Notes under the pieces: generated by a model | What the model saw: only the letters and a program-made list of their open reading frames with translations | Told to the model about the DNA's origin: nothing | Databases searched by the model: none | Translations under genes and position numbers: made by a program | Shown here: in pieces, positions 49,280-62,705 of the stretch | Layout of the letters: every line of letters starts with the position of its first letter | Position numbering within the stretch: position 1 is the first letter of the stretch | Assembly (NCBI GenBank): GCA_977016875.1 | Contig: CDRNST010000129.1 | Coordinates: 496,001-560,000 of the forward strand | DNA length: 64,000 bases | Source: Pavona decussata | Lineage: Eukaryota | Reading direction: 5' to 3'

Positions 49280-50577
49280 TTACACAGTGAATAAAAATTC
49301 AGGGAATTGCTTACGAAGCACATGTTCTCCGTTCCCACCCTCACAATCTGTGAATGTAAATGTTACACCTCCATTTGTAAAGAGCGCACACCTATGTCTC
49401 CGCAAACCCTCTTTTTCCCAGTAGGCTCGGTTATTTTAGCTTGTAAGTGGTGCACAGCGTTTTTCTTAATAACAATTGGTGCGTCAAACATGACGGTAAA
49501 ACCATAATAATTAAACAATTCAAGCATGCATAGCTTCGACGAGAACTGTCCAATTTTCCAAACCAACTTCCTCGCGCCTTCGTTAACCTCCACGTCTACC
49601 ACCATTGTGCTGTTTTCAATACCAAAAATGCACAGTCCATGCAACAAAATATCTTTGTTTACAGAGAAATTAATGCAGTGATAATGAGTTCTGAAAAAGG
49701 TCTCCCAATGAACTACCGACGGAGTTGAATCTACAGCATCGTTGAGCTGACAAAGAAGTACAACGTTTGGTTTCTGAAAGTGGGGAAGTCAACACGGAGC
49801 TGAAGTATTTGACAATTTGGACAATTTCTTCTGTCATTAAAATTCCGCTGTCCAACACCACACTCGCGAAATCTTCTTGTGTCATGGTTGGAAAACGTAT
49901 TCCTTTCACTATTTGCTCCCCAAGAATTCTTCTTTTAGCTTTTCCATCCGATTTTACTAAGCCTTGCCTCTGACATTCCTTTGTGGCCCACAATTCCATA
50001 GCTTTAAACAGTTCTATTTCCGCAATTAGCAGGGTATCCCTTCAAGCAAGGAGCTGTCGATTGTCGCAAATCCATCCGATTTCACAGCCGCATTTGTTTG
50101 TTCATCGATCATTTTCCAGCATCGATTCACCAGGATTTTCTCTTCGTATTTCAACGCAGATGGCAGAATGCTGAAAACATTCGACGGATCTAAGTGATCT
50201 TGCAAATACTTGATGCAATTTTCAGCGAGTGAAGGCACCATGTATTTCTTCGCCAAGTATAACACTCCCATCACATTGCTTCCGTTCAAATTCACTTCAT
50301 CGCTGTACAGGTAACGAAACAGCTCCAACAGACTCTCGTACTCACAGTCAGGCAAGTTCAATAGAGTCTCTAGTCTCCGCTAGCTCACCGTAAAACATGG
50401 CTTCAAACCGGCAGGACTGCCAATCGACAGCACAAACTTGTGAGCTGGAATCACTTGCTTACTTTCACTTTCACCAACGCTCTTACGAACCACAAATTTC
50501 ACATCGCTGAAGAGATCGTTGTTGAGCATAAACTTGGTTCTCTCTCTGATTGTGAGTTTTGTTGTCTGCCAGTTCAT
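49280..50577 (-). pseudogene. BTB-BACK-PHR pseudogene, copy 7 (multiple frameshifts)
   Basis: Indels near 50410, 50355, 50040, 49717 and 49370 relative to intact copies; four ORF pieces. Confidence 0.9.
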
Positions 50578-51468
50578 TTTGGCTTTTGACTTGGCTTCTG
50601 AACCAAAAAAGGCGCGCACTTTAATATCGGAAATTTTAAAGTAATGCTTTAGCAATCCTCACACGGAGTATGGCTCAGTAAGTATTAAACAGCACGCGGC
50701 TACACAAAACAATTGCCATATAGAATTACCTTAAAACTTTATACTTAGCCTGACTGTGGTTACATGCAAGTAAAAACAGATTCAGTCATGTAGTCAGGTG
50801 TGCCTGGGCCAAAATTTAAAATCCGGAAAATATACTTTGATCTTCTTGTAAAATGGCAGTTTTCCTGTACTGAAAAGCATTCCAGATATCTTTCAATAAT
50901 TCGTACGTTGCTACTGATTCGCTTCAATTTCAGAGACGTACAATGTGAAATTTAATGTTTGTGTGCCATTTGGGATCGAAAACTTTGGAATTAACGTACA
51001 AGCGAGGGAGAAAAATTTACCAAGGACAAGCAGTTGGTGGGGAAAGCATATTTTACTTTGATCTTGCGAGTAAAAAATCGGATTCCTTGTAGGTGTGCCT
51101 TCAGTGTGTGGGAAAAGCTCATTGTTCAGTGGGTGTTAGCTGGTGTCAGAGCGCACATTATCTTTTTAAAGTGATGCCCGCATGCGCGTGGCAAACTCGC
51201 ATTACCAAAAAGTTAATAAGCGCCCACCCTGAAAGCCCAAAAAAACTTTATAAGCGCTCACTCCCACCCCTTCCCAACAAAAACCATCTCTGTTTAGCTC
51301 AGTTTCTGTTTAACATTTCCGTTTAGCCCATCGTGAAGAAAGAGGAGCGTCAGTTATGTTCCCAAATTGCTTTAGACACGGTAGTCAGTGAACTTTGATA
51401 TTCTTTATGGCTTTTTTATGTCAGCGTTTGCACTTTGTTTTGTCTTGCTGAAGCGAAAATAAACTTGT

Positions 51469-52344
51469 CATAGGCGTACGGGCCCCCTCAGTTTTGAAAG
51501 TTTTCGGGCAAAACGCTTACGACAACCCTCGACACGCTTACAAGCTCAAGTCGGGGAAAACTAAAACGTTAATGCTGCTCCTCCGCCATCGAAACCAGAG
51601 GATTACCATCGTGCCAACACCTTTTACACCGCTGTGGATAAGGTACTGGCCGAAATTCAGATTTGATTCAGTGGAAATGACCAAGATGTTCTTCCTGCGT
51701 TTGGTGACATCACCCTAAGTGATTCGCCCACCAGTAATAGCTTTGACTAATCTCGTACCCAGATCTCCCAATGTCTGTTCAGTCAATTTAAGGCAGCACA
51801 CGTGGAGAAATCGATAAAAACAACTGCAGAAGTTGTTGAAGTGTTGAACGAAAACAGCCTCTATGAAATGACTCCACAGTTCTCAAATGTCGCCTCCATT
51901 CTGGCCGTCATCCCCTCAACATCATGCTCAGTGGAGCACTCGTTTAGCGGACTCCGGCGCTTAAAGACCTACATTCGGAGCACGATGAGGCAAAGTAGGC
52001 TGAATAGTCTCGCTATCGTGTGCATTGAGCGCTCTTATGGCAATAAGGTAATTGTCAACAGTATGGACAAGATTATAAATATTCTCGGACAGCGCCACGG
52101 AAGAAAAACCTTTTTCTTTCAATAACTTTCTAATTTGAACATGATTGAGTAAACTTGTCAATAGAGGTCATAGATTAAGCGAGGTTTGAAAATAACTGTA
52201 CAGTAACAGTTTCAGTAGATGTGAGAATTGTGAACCCTTTTGTTTTTCTTGCAATTTAAGTGCGTTTATATCTCAATTTCAACGCTTACACATTCGGGCA
52301 TTGTGTAATTTTTTCGGGCAAGAAGATCACCCCCTATGCCTATG
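51469..52344 (+). mobile_element. Internally deleted hAT transposon (dimerization-domain relic)
   Basis: PSTSCSVEHSFSGLRRLKTYIRSTMRQSRLNSLA at 51802-52125; TIRs cataggcgtacggg / cccctatgcctatg; no clear TSD. Confidence 0.75.
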
Positions 52345-53054
52345 GTTATCGCTTGTTTTGTCATTCTCTAAAAATGTCCACGTTTGCTGAAAATGTTGGG
52401 AAAATAATAAGCGCCCGCCCTGGAATAAGCGCTCACCTTGAATAAACGCCCACCTTCACGGGCCCAAAATTAAATAAGCGATAATCACCCTACCGTTGTT
52501 ATTTCCTATGAAACTGGCGCATTTGTTGTGGAGACTAGCTTCTATGGAGCGTTTGGCGAGAGGCTCGCACGAGATGGGTCACCAGAGGAAGCTCTTCCAC
52601 TCCTCTCGTTGGCTTACAGACAAAATTGTCCCTTATCGATTGTCCCCTATCGTTATGTAGTGTAGTAGACACAAAAATATCAAAGAGCCATGTCTCAAAG
52701 AGACAGGCCTTTTGCAATTAATCGTGGGGGGAGAGAAATTTTGAACTCTGTTCACGGATATCGTGTCTTAATGAGACCCGACCCGAACACCTAACTTGAC
52801 TTAATTTATGGGTTCTTTCTGCATTGATTGAGAGAATTCCTAATTGTTTGACATATTTCAATAGCATTACATTCCCTCGTGCGTTAAGAGAAATTAAAAC
52901 TAATGGATTAACTGCAGGGGACAAAAATGTAATCTGTGATGGGAAAACATGGAAGCCAACCAATAAGGTCAGTGTTACCAATAGTACAGATATCGTGTGT
53001 TCTTTGCGGAGATTAGGCGTAGACCCTGGAAAAAATGCAGTACAAGTTTTCTAC

Positions 53055-53275
53055 CAATCTCGTACCCAGAGTCCTCAGGCTCTTTGGCCAGCGGTTAGTC
53101 GCCAGGAGAGACTCTGGGGACATCGAATTTTATTACCACAGGATTTCTGCGGTAAAACAATGGAACCGTTACGGAACAGCCAATCAAAAAAAAAATGAAT
53201 TTTTTCGATGTCCCCAGAGTCTTCCCGGCGTTGCCCCGCTGACCAAAAAGCCTGAAGACTCTGGGTACGAGATTG
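53055..53275. mobile_element. MITE
   Basis: caatctcgtacccagagtc / gactctgggtacgagattg; perfect 9-bp TSD gttttctac. Confidence 0.88.
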
Positions 53276-54269
53276 GTTTTCTACTAGTATACCAGAATAT
53301 AACAAACGAACACACAAACAAACAACCAAAATAAAAGGGCGAAATCAACGAGTCTAGAACCCATAAACTTAGTGAACAAAAGGATACCCAGTGATCGAGT
53401 GATTTATATACAGTCAGCCTGTTGACCGCTGCCACCTCGTTTGTGGGCGAACTAGTCGGGAACCCAGGCTTCCCAGTTTCCACTCAACTTTGCATAGAGT
53501 CACTGAATAGGACATAACAGCTGGTTCCTGGGCTGTTCCTTAAAACTTGTGTTTTCCCAGAGCGTAAACTGTTCGCTTTTCGGAACAGCCGGATAACATC
53601 CATGGATCAATACTGGCGGATATTTTCGCAGCAGATAGGGGCTGTTGTTTATATATCCCCCACACTTAATAAAATATGCTCCCAAGTTTTCGAAACTTGA
53701 GTCGCTTCAATGTCACTAAATACTCTATTTGAAATCGTCAACAACCTCTGCGCGCTTAAATAAAACATTCGTTCCTCGACGCTCACAGTGTTCCACCGAC
53801 ACTCATTATCTATATTGAGCCAAGTAAGAGTTATTGTTTGTAAAGTGAAAGATCAGGGAAAGTGTTATGAAGGATCCGTGTATACGATTTTGTAGCCTCG
53901 GTTGCAGCCGTTCAAAGCATATTTCTGTTTTTCGCTTCCAGTTTTGAAAGAGCTCTGGGAATCGACTGACAAGAGTGTAAGGAAAGCAAATAATAACAAG
54001 TCTCTGCTCTCACCTTGCAGCGGCAAGGTTTCGATCAAGCCAAGAAACCGGAACACATCAATTCTTACAATCACCTTTATTTCCAAAATGGAATACGTTA
54101 ACACGAAAAACAAAAAAACAAAACAAAAACAGCAACAAACCAAATCACCAGATTTTCTTTTGTTTCCATAGTATGGACTGACAGCGACGCAAATAGAATT
54201 TTTCTTGTGGCGACCTGATATTGGTTCACTGAGTTAATCGACCATCATATTCAGAACAACCTTGCATAT

Positions 54270-54560
54270 AACTATAAAAGTTAACGTTAAAAGAGAACGA
54301 CGTTTCGACCGTCCGACGGTCATTTTCAAGTTCAAAATGAGAAGAAAAATATGTGCTTATATACAATTGTGAAAAAACTAATGAGATACTGACTTAAAAA
54401 GCTTTAAGATATTCACATCTAAACAATATAAAAATAATAGCGTGATGATAAATACAAAAGGAACGCTAAAAACGATAAAAGGTATTTAAAAGGTATTTAA
54501 AAGTGAAATAATTAAACAAATAACTTCGCGCGGATCGAGTCGCATTGTTTGTTCAACCTT
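54270..54560 (-). mobile_element. Penelope-like 3' end with hammerhead-like motif
   Basis: Minus strand LNKQCDSIRAKLFV* then TTGAAAAT-gaccgt-cgg-acggtc-GAAACGTC; flanked by caaccttg(c/t)atat duplication. Confidence 0.65.
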
Positions 54561-54757
54561 GTATATGCGAAAACAAAAACAAAACACATGGATGTTTTCG
54601 GTTCGAAAATCGATCTAAATTATGGCCGTAAGGGTGTGATAAAGTACTAAGTTTAAAAGCCATTGATCATAGTTGATTTTGCTTACCTGTATTAAAACCT
54701 TACTTCTCAATTCAAACGACGGTTTCCAGTTTCTTACTCCTCTAAGCTATGCTTGGA

Positions 54758-56060
54758 TTACTGGGAGAATAGTAATTCAGGGAATTGTCTGCGCTCGAAG
54801 TCGCTTCCGTTCCGCTCAAAACAATCTGTGAATATAAAAGTTACACCGGCACTTATAACAGAGCACACACCTATGTCTCCACACATCATCTTTTTCCCAG
54901 TAGGGCTGATTGTTTTAGCTTGTAAGTGGTGCACAGTGTTTTTCTTAATTACAATTGGTGCGTCAAACATGACGGTAAAACCATAATAATAACAAAACAA
55001 TTTAAGCGTGCATAGCTTTGAGGAGAACTGTCCACTTTTAGAAACCAAGTTACTCGCACCTTCGTTAACCTCCACGTCTACCAACATTGTGCTGTTCTCA
55101 ATACCAAAAATGCACACTCCATGTAGTAAAATATCTTTGTTTACAGAGAAATTGATGCAGTGGGCATGAGTCGTCAAACCAGAATCCCATTGAACAACCG
55201 AATTGAATCTACAACATCGTTGAACTGACAAAGAACCACAACGTTTGGTTTCTGAAAATCCCACAGGAGAAGTTAACACTGAGTTGAAGTATTTCATAAT
55301 TTGGATGATTTCCTCTGTCATTAAAATTCCACTGTCCAACACAACACTAGCGAAATCGTCTTGCTTCATTGTTGGAAAATGTATTCCTTTCACTATTTGC
55401 TCTCCAAGAATTCTTCTTTTATCTTTTCCATCCGCTTTTTCTAAGCCTTGCCTCTGACATTCCTTTGTGGCCCACAATTCCACAGCTTTGAACAGTTCTA
55501 TTTCCGCAATTGATAGAGTGTGCCTTACAACTATCGCTTCAAGTAAGGACCTCTCGATTGTTGCAAATCCATCCGATTTCACAGCCGCATTTGTGTGTTT
55601 ATCAATCACTTTCCAGCATCGATCCACCAGGTTTTTGTCTTCGTATTTCTGCGCAGATGGCAAAATGCTGAAAACATTTGACGGATCTAAATTTTCTTGT
55701 AAATATTCCGAACATTTCTCAGCGAGTGAAGGCAGCATGTATTTCTTAGCCAAGCATCACATTATTTCCGCTCAAATTCACTTCATCGCTGTACATGTGA
55801 CGAAACAGTTCTAAAAGACTCTCGTACTCACAGTCAGGCAGTTCAATAGAGTCTCTATTCTCCGCTAGCTCACCGTAAAACATGGCTTCAAACACAGGAC
55901 TGCCAATCGAAAGCACAAACTTGTGAGCTGGAATCACTTGTTTACTTTCACTTTCACTATCGCTCTTACGAACCACAAACTTCACGTCGCTGAAGAGTTC
56001 GTTGTTGAGCATAAACTTGGTTCTTTCTCTGATGGTGGGTTTTGTTGTCTGCCAGTTCAT
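54758..56060 (-). pseudogene. BTB-BACK-PHR copy 8, single frameshift (11-nt deletion at ~55754)
   Basis: ccaag|catcacatt versus ccaagtacaacactcccatcacatt in paralogs. Confidence 0.88.
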
Positions 56061-56394
56061 TTTCAACCCAAAAGAAATGCTTTAGGAATCAGTAAGAACA
56101 GCGGCGACACAAAACAATTTCCCTAGAAAATTACCATACAACTTACTTAGCGTGACCGTGATTCAAATGAGGCGAGTAAAAATAGATTCAGTCATGCAAT
56201 CAGGTGTGTCTGGGTCGTCACGGCGGTTTTGGCTAAAATTTAATATCCAGAGAATCAAATACTTTGATCTTCTTGTAAAATTGCAGTTGTGTTTGTACTG
56301 AAAACTATTTCATATACGGCTTCCAATAATTCGCAAGATTTGCAAATGGAACTCAAGGGTATGATAATGTGATCTGTGCCCCCCTCCCCCCACC

Positions 56395-57085
56395 CCGTGG
56401 GGTGGGGTACTCCTCGGAATTCTCAGCAGGGATGTGCACGTGCCGCCCTGTTCTCCAAATCCTGACCCTATTTCAGACCAAAACATGGCGTTTTCCATGC
56501 ACATCCGTTTTCAGACCTGGGGCCCGTTTCTCGAAAGTCCCGGTAACTTACCGGGCCCGATAAGTATATTTTGAAATGTTTTTTTTGGCGATTACACAGT
56601 GATTACAGACATGGTACTTGGCTAATGTGTTCATGGAATTATAAGCTTTTAAAATTTAGTATTCAAAGCTAACAAAAATTGACTTCTGTTAAGAAACATT
56701 TATCACCAAGACACTTATCGGGCCCGATAAGTTACCGGGACTTACGAGAAACGGGCCCCTGGCTTTCCCATCCACACCCGTTTTCCCGAGACCTTTGTTG
56801 TGGTGTAATTAAGCTTCGCATCAATGCCGAAGTCAAGAATCGGTAGAATTCACCCGAAAATCCAGCTTCGAATGATATATTTTAGATCTTCTTTATCTCT
56901 ACTATTCATTTGGAGTGGAAAAGACAAATACGTTTGAACACTCTCGTGATTCCCTCGAAAACCATACCCGATTTCAGACCATAATGGTCAAAATTTACCA
57001 AAACGGCTCAAAAACCATACCCTTTAGGGCGGCACATACCTATATAGCTTATACAGGGGAGTACACCCCACCCCTCCCCCTCGGG
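56395..57085. mobile_element. MITE upstream of copy 8 with nested Harbinger-like MITE (56520-56758)
   Basis: Inner TIRs gggcccgtttctcgaaagtcccggtaactta / taagttaccgggacttacgagaaacgggccc, TSD CTG. Confidence 0.8.
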
Positions 57086-58295
57086 TTGTGACGGGGCAAC
57101 ATTGAAGCCAACGAATAGGGTCAGTATTACCAAGAGTACAAATGCTACCATGTTGACGCATTTTTCGCTCATCATCCACGTAAACACGATCGCAATCGTT
57201 CGTAACAACGGTTTACAGGGTGAAGCTTTTGAAACTCCGACAAACGGAGACTTCTGCAAAAGCTGAAGATATTTTCAAGCAAAAAATCTACGAAGACGCG
57301 GATGTGGACGACTGAAAATATGAATTTGATGCGGTCAAAATGCGAGGAGATACTTTGCTAAGGCATCGGGACTTAGGCTTTGGCCGATTGTGCTTAATTG
57401 TAAGATGTTTTTGTTAGCATTTTTGGCCTTGACCATGCACAGACCGCAATATATAGATTTTGAAATGTGTTGGAGCAACTGGCCAATAGAAACGTTCCTG
57501 TTAAGATATTCAACTGTAGTGTGAATGTTAAAGCAAAGGATTGTACACGGTCGCGGCCCTTCCAACATAAATTGCAGCACCATTAATCGTCATGGCAAGA
57601 TTTCATAACTAGTTCCTCGCATGCTAATTTTCTTTCTGATCTGTCGCTACTTATTGACAGGCTTACTAGAATGGATACTCCAAAATGAGCTTGGACACCT
57701 TATGGTGTTTACACAATGTATTCGGAAATCGTGATAGACCTCACGTGGAAGAGAAGAGAAGCCCATTTCAGTTAGGCACAGAACTGAGAGAATCAGAGTT
57801 TCATTTAGGCAGGGATCATCCGTTTTGGGAGTTTAGCACTGATCTACACTATTTAGGCCTAAGCACTGATTTAAAAACGGTTACCTGTCAATTTGTTGTG
57901 ATGGTAACTCTCAGAAATAAGTTAAAAATTACCAATTTCGTCAGCTAACCCTCTTTGGTCTAGTGGATATGGATATAAAGTAAATGACCCGGGTTCGAGG
58001 CGTACACTACTTTGAGGTTTTAAACTTCTTTTATCGTTTGAAGCACACAATAGAAGGCCGCCACCTCTGGTAGCTACCAGATTTTCTCAATACGACGGTT
58101 TTTCAAGAAATCTGGGGTGTTGCCGGATTTACTAGGCTAATATTACAGTGAAAAGTTCATCAGTAATAAAGATGCGAATAAAAAAAAATTATTCGCCAAA
58201 ATTATACTCTCTTTGTAAGAGTTTGCTAAAACAAATTGCTAGCACAATCGAAAAAGGCCTCTAACGTTCTTAGGCGCGGGCACTGTATGTCGTGT

Positions 58296-59461
58296 TTAGA
58301 CGCTGAACAGCAGTTCAGGAAACTGTCCCCGCGTAATGCTTCTTCCATTTACACAGTACTTACTGTTCGTAAAAGTAATTGTTACGCCTGGACATTTCAC
58401 TGATTTAAAGCCATTTCCCCCGCTGCAAGAATCGGAGCCTGTGATCGAAGCTTCTATCGAGTACGTTGTGTATTTTTTAAGATTAACAACCGTGTCAAAA
58501 AACACCTCAAAACCGCGATATTGACGTAGCTTGCTCTGGAAAACACCGGACGAAAACCATCCAGCTTTGGACGCCAAAACGGATTTATTCTCGGCGTTTT
58601 TTACCTCCAAAATAACCCAGTAACTGTTGTTTTCCTTGCCAAAGAAGCTGACTCCACTGACGTAGCGTAACATCTCTGTCCGCAGACAGGTTGATGCAGT
58701 CTTTTGAAGAATCATATTTCCAGCTGTTGCAGACGGACACCGAACCAAATCTACAACATCGTTGAATGTCACCGAGAAAACCCGACCTTTTGATGTCTGG
58801 GAATCCTACAGGACAAGTTAACACTGAATTGATGTGTTGGATGACGCGGAAAATTTCTTCGTTGGTTAAAATCTTGCTGTCTAAGGCGGCCGTAACAAAG
58901 TCCACCTGCTCCATCGTCGGAAAGCGTATGGCTTTGACAATTCGTTCTCCAAGAATTCTTCTTTTCGTTGTTCCATCTCCTGGTAAACCTTGCCTCTCAG
59001 ACTCCCTTTTTGCCCATGAATCTATGGCGCAAAATAAGTCAACCTCTTTTATGTTCAAAGTGTCCCTTGCAACTATTGCCTCAAGTAAGGACCTCTCAAT
59101 TGTCGCAAATCCGTTGCCCGGCTTCACAACCTCTTTCGTCTGTTGATCTATTACTCGCCAACAGCGTTTCACCAAATATTTCTCTTCATATTTCTGTGCA
59201 GATGGCAGAATGCTGAAGACATTTGACGGATCTAAATTCTCTTGCAGATATTCGGTGCATTTCTCAGCCAGAGAAGGCACCATGTATTTCTTCGCCAAAT
59301 ACAATACTCCCATCGCATTGATTCCGCTCAAATTTACTTCATCGCTGTACATGTAACGAAACAGTTCTAAAAGACTCTCGTACTCACAGTCTGGCATTTC
59401 AATAGAGTCTCTAGTCTCCGCTAGCTCACCATAAAACATGGCTTCAAACACAGGACTGCCA
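58296..59461 (-). pseudogene. BTB-BACK-PHR copy 9 (sister of copy 6), 5'-truncated and frameshifted
   Basis: Begins abruptly at GSPVFEAMFYG, fused to spacer sequence like 33795; +4 nt at ~58655. Confidence 0.88.
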
Positions 59462-60949
59462 AGTTAACTAAACCGTATAAAATTTTTCCTTTCTCTAAAC
59501 GGCCGGCAAAACTAGCAAACAAAACGATAAAAACCTGCACTAGCCAAATGTTCGATCCTATGACAGTTTGATGGCTATAATCAAAGAATATTCAGCCTGG
59601 TCGGAAAAACAATATTCTTATAAAAGAAAAGAGTATATTTAAAAAAGAAGTTCCCAAGTTTTCAAAACTTGAGTCGCTTAAATGTCACAAAATGCTCTAT
59701 TTGAACCTATGCACGCTTAAAATAAAAAATCGTTCCTCGAAGTTCACAGTATTCCACCGACACTTGTCATTATCTATGCATCATATTGAGCCAAGTAAAA
59801 CTTATTTTGTAAAATGAAAGATCAGGGAAAGGGTCACGAAGGATCCATATAATTCTACAATTTTGTAACCTCGGATGTAGCTGTTCAAAGCATATTTCAG
59901 TTTTTCTGGGTACCCGGTTTCGCTTCCCGTGAAAAGAGATCTGGGAGTCGACTGACGGGCAAGAGTGTAAAGAGCCAATATGTAGTCTGCTCTCACCTTG
60001 CACCGGCAATGTTTCGATCATATCAAACGAAAAACCCGGAACACATCAATTCTTACAATCACCTTTATTTGCAAAATAATGCGTTCGTATATACATAGCA
60101 CGCGAACAAAAACAGTAACAAACCAAATCACCAGATTTTTTTGGTTTTGTTTTGATAACATGGACTTACACCGACACAAATGTAATTTTTCAATTATTTG
60201 GCGACCTAATATTGATTTACTGAGTTAATAGACCATCTGATATTCAGGATGTCTATGAGTGTTTTAAAAAAGAAAGACAGAGAATTCACTGTTATAACCC
60301 TGCCCACTGATGCGAAAACAAAAACAAAGTACATGGAATTTTTTTCAGTTGGAAAAACACTCTACAACAACAAGCCCCATCTGCATTACCATATATTAAC
60401 TTGTTACAGTATTGCAGAAGCGTCAAAAGAGACCTATAGCTCTGCTAAGTAATGGAAACTCAAAATACAAAGTACCAGGAGCCGATAACTCATGGGCTCC
60501 TGAAAGTACTTACTACAGAAAAGAAGGTGGACAACAGAATTAAACTTCATCAGACTATATTATTTGGTAACAAATTGTTTTTTAAACCAAAACAGGATGA
60601 AATGAACTTAACCAGCTGCTGACATGCTCATTGGAGATCATTGATGTGATTTGTAAATGTTTGAAGTTTGGAAATTTAGTACTTATTTCATCATAAAAGT
60701 CACTTCTAACGGATGAATAATAGAACAAACAACAGATTTCATCTCACTGAACTTGCAATGAGAGCTTAGTCGTTTACACCTCGATATTTTCTCGTATCTA
60801 ACTGTCGCTAGCTCTAAATTATCACTAAATTCAAAACTAGTTGCTTATCCTATGAAATATATTGTTTATACAATATTATGTGCTAGTTCTAGTACTTTTC
60901 AATTCACAGGAAAGTTTCAAATCGTGCACTCCTCTGAGCTATGTGTGGA

Positions 60950-62269
60950 TTACAGAGAGAATAGTAATTCAGGGAATTGTCTGCGACGCACGTTCGTCCC
61001 GTCCCCTCCATCACAATCTGTAAATGTAAACGTAACACCTGCACATGTAACAGAGCGCACACCTATGTCTCCGCACACAACATTCACCGCGGGGCTTTTT
61101 ATTTTAGCCTGCAAGTGGTACACCGTGTCTTTCTTAATAATAATTGGTGCGTCAAACAAGACTTTAAAACCATGATAACTAAACAATTCAAGTTCATAAA
61201 GCTCCGAGGAAAACTTTCTGCTTTTTGACACAACTTTGTTTCCGCCAGAGCATTTTGTTATTTCCAGGCTTGCCGTCATTGCATTATTTAGACTACCAAA
61301 GATGTACACTCCATGTAACAAAATATCTCTGCTCACAGAGAAATTGATGCAGTCCGGATAAGGCTCGGGGAAACCACCGCCAAAACACCGTGGAACTACC
61401 GAGTTGAATCTACAACATCTTTGAAACAAAGAACCACAACGCTTGGTTTCTGAAAACCCCACGGGAGAACTCAACACTGAGTTGAAGTATTTGACAATTT
61501 GGACGATTTCTTCTGTCATTAAAATTCCACTGTCCAACACCACACTCGCGAAATCTTCTTGTGTCATGGTTGGAAAACGCATTCCTTTCACTATTTGCTC
61601 TCCAAGAATTCTTCTTTTATCCTTTCCATCCGCTTCCACTAAGCCTTGCCTCTGGCATTCCTTTGTGGCCCACAATTCCACAGCTTTAAACAATTATATT
61701 TCCGCAATCAGCAGGGTGTCCCTTGCAACTATCTCCTCAAGTAAGGACCTCTCGATTGTCGCAAATTCGTCCGATTTCACAGCTGCATTGGTTTGTTCAT
61801 CGATCAGTGTCCAGCATCGATCCACCAGGTTTTTCTCTTCGTATTTCTGCGCAGATGAAAGAATGCTGAAAACATTCGACGGATCTAAGAGATCTTGCAA
61901 ATACTTTGTGCAAATTTCAGCGAGTGAAGGCACCATGTATTTCTCCGCCAAGTACAACACTTCCATCACATTACTTCCGCCCAAATTCACTTCATCGCTG
62001 TACATGTAACGAAACAACTCCAACAGACTGTCGTACTCACAGTCAGGCAGTTCAATAGAGTCGTTAGTCTCTGCTAGCTCACCGTAAAACATGTCTTCAA
62101 ACACAGGACTGCCAATCGACAGCACAAACTTGTGAGCTGGAATCACTTGGTTACTTTCACTTTCACCATCGCTCTTACGAACCACAAACTTCACATCGCT
62201 GAAGAGATAGTTGTTGAGCATAAACTTGGTTCTTTCTCTGATTGTGGGTTTTGTTGTCTGCCAGTTCAT
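60950..62269 (-). pseudogene. BTB-BACK-PHR copy 10, one in-frame stop (GAA>TAA at 61694-61696)
   Basis: 1320 nt collinear with copy 5; AEI*LFKAV versus AEIELFKAV. Confidence 0.88.
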
Positions 62270-62705
62270 TTTGGTCTATGACTCGGCTTCTGAACCCAAA
62301 AGCGGCACACTCAAATCGGAAATTTTAAGTAATGCTTTACGAATCCTGACACGGAAAATTTAAAAGCTTGCAACTTATGGCTTAGTAAGAACAGCGGCCA
62401 CACAAAACAATTTCCATACTTAATTACCGTAGAACTTACTTAGCGTGACCGTGATTCAGGCGAGTAAAAATAGATTCAGTAGCCTCAGTCATGCAGTCAG
62501 GTGCGTCCGGGTCGTCGCGGCGGTTTTTGCTAAAATTAATTTCCAGAGGATCAAATACTTCTTGTAAAATGGCAGTTTTCTTGTACTGAAAACTATTCCA
62601 TATACTGCTTTCAATAATTCGCAAGATTCGCAAATGGAACTCAAGGTGATGATAATGGAATGTGTGTCGCCCCCCTCCGCCAACCCCCCCCCCCCCTCCC
62701 TCCAG

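Noticed and set aside
9632-62009. Recurrent plus-strand ORFs over the BTB genes (e.g. 10133-10510, 14534-14878, 61443-62009)
   Set aside because: Antisense shadows of the paralogous CDSs; they recur only because the genes are duplicated
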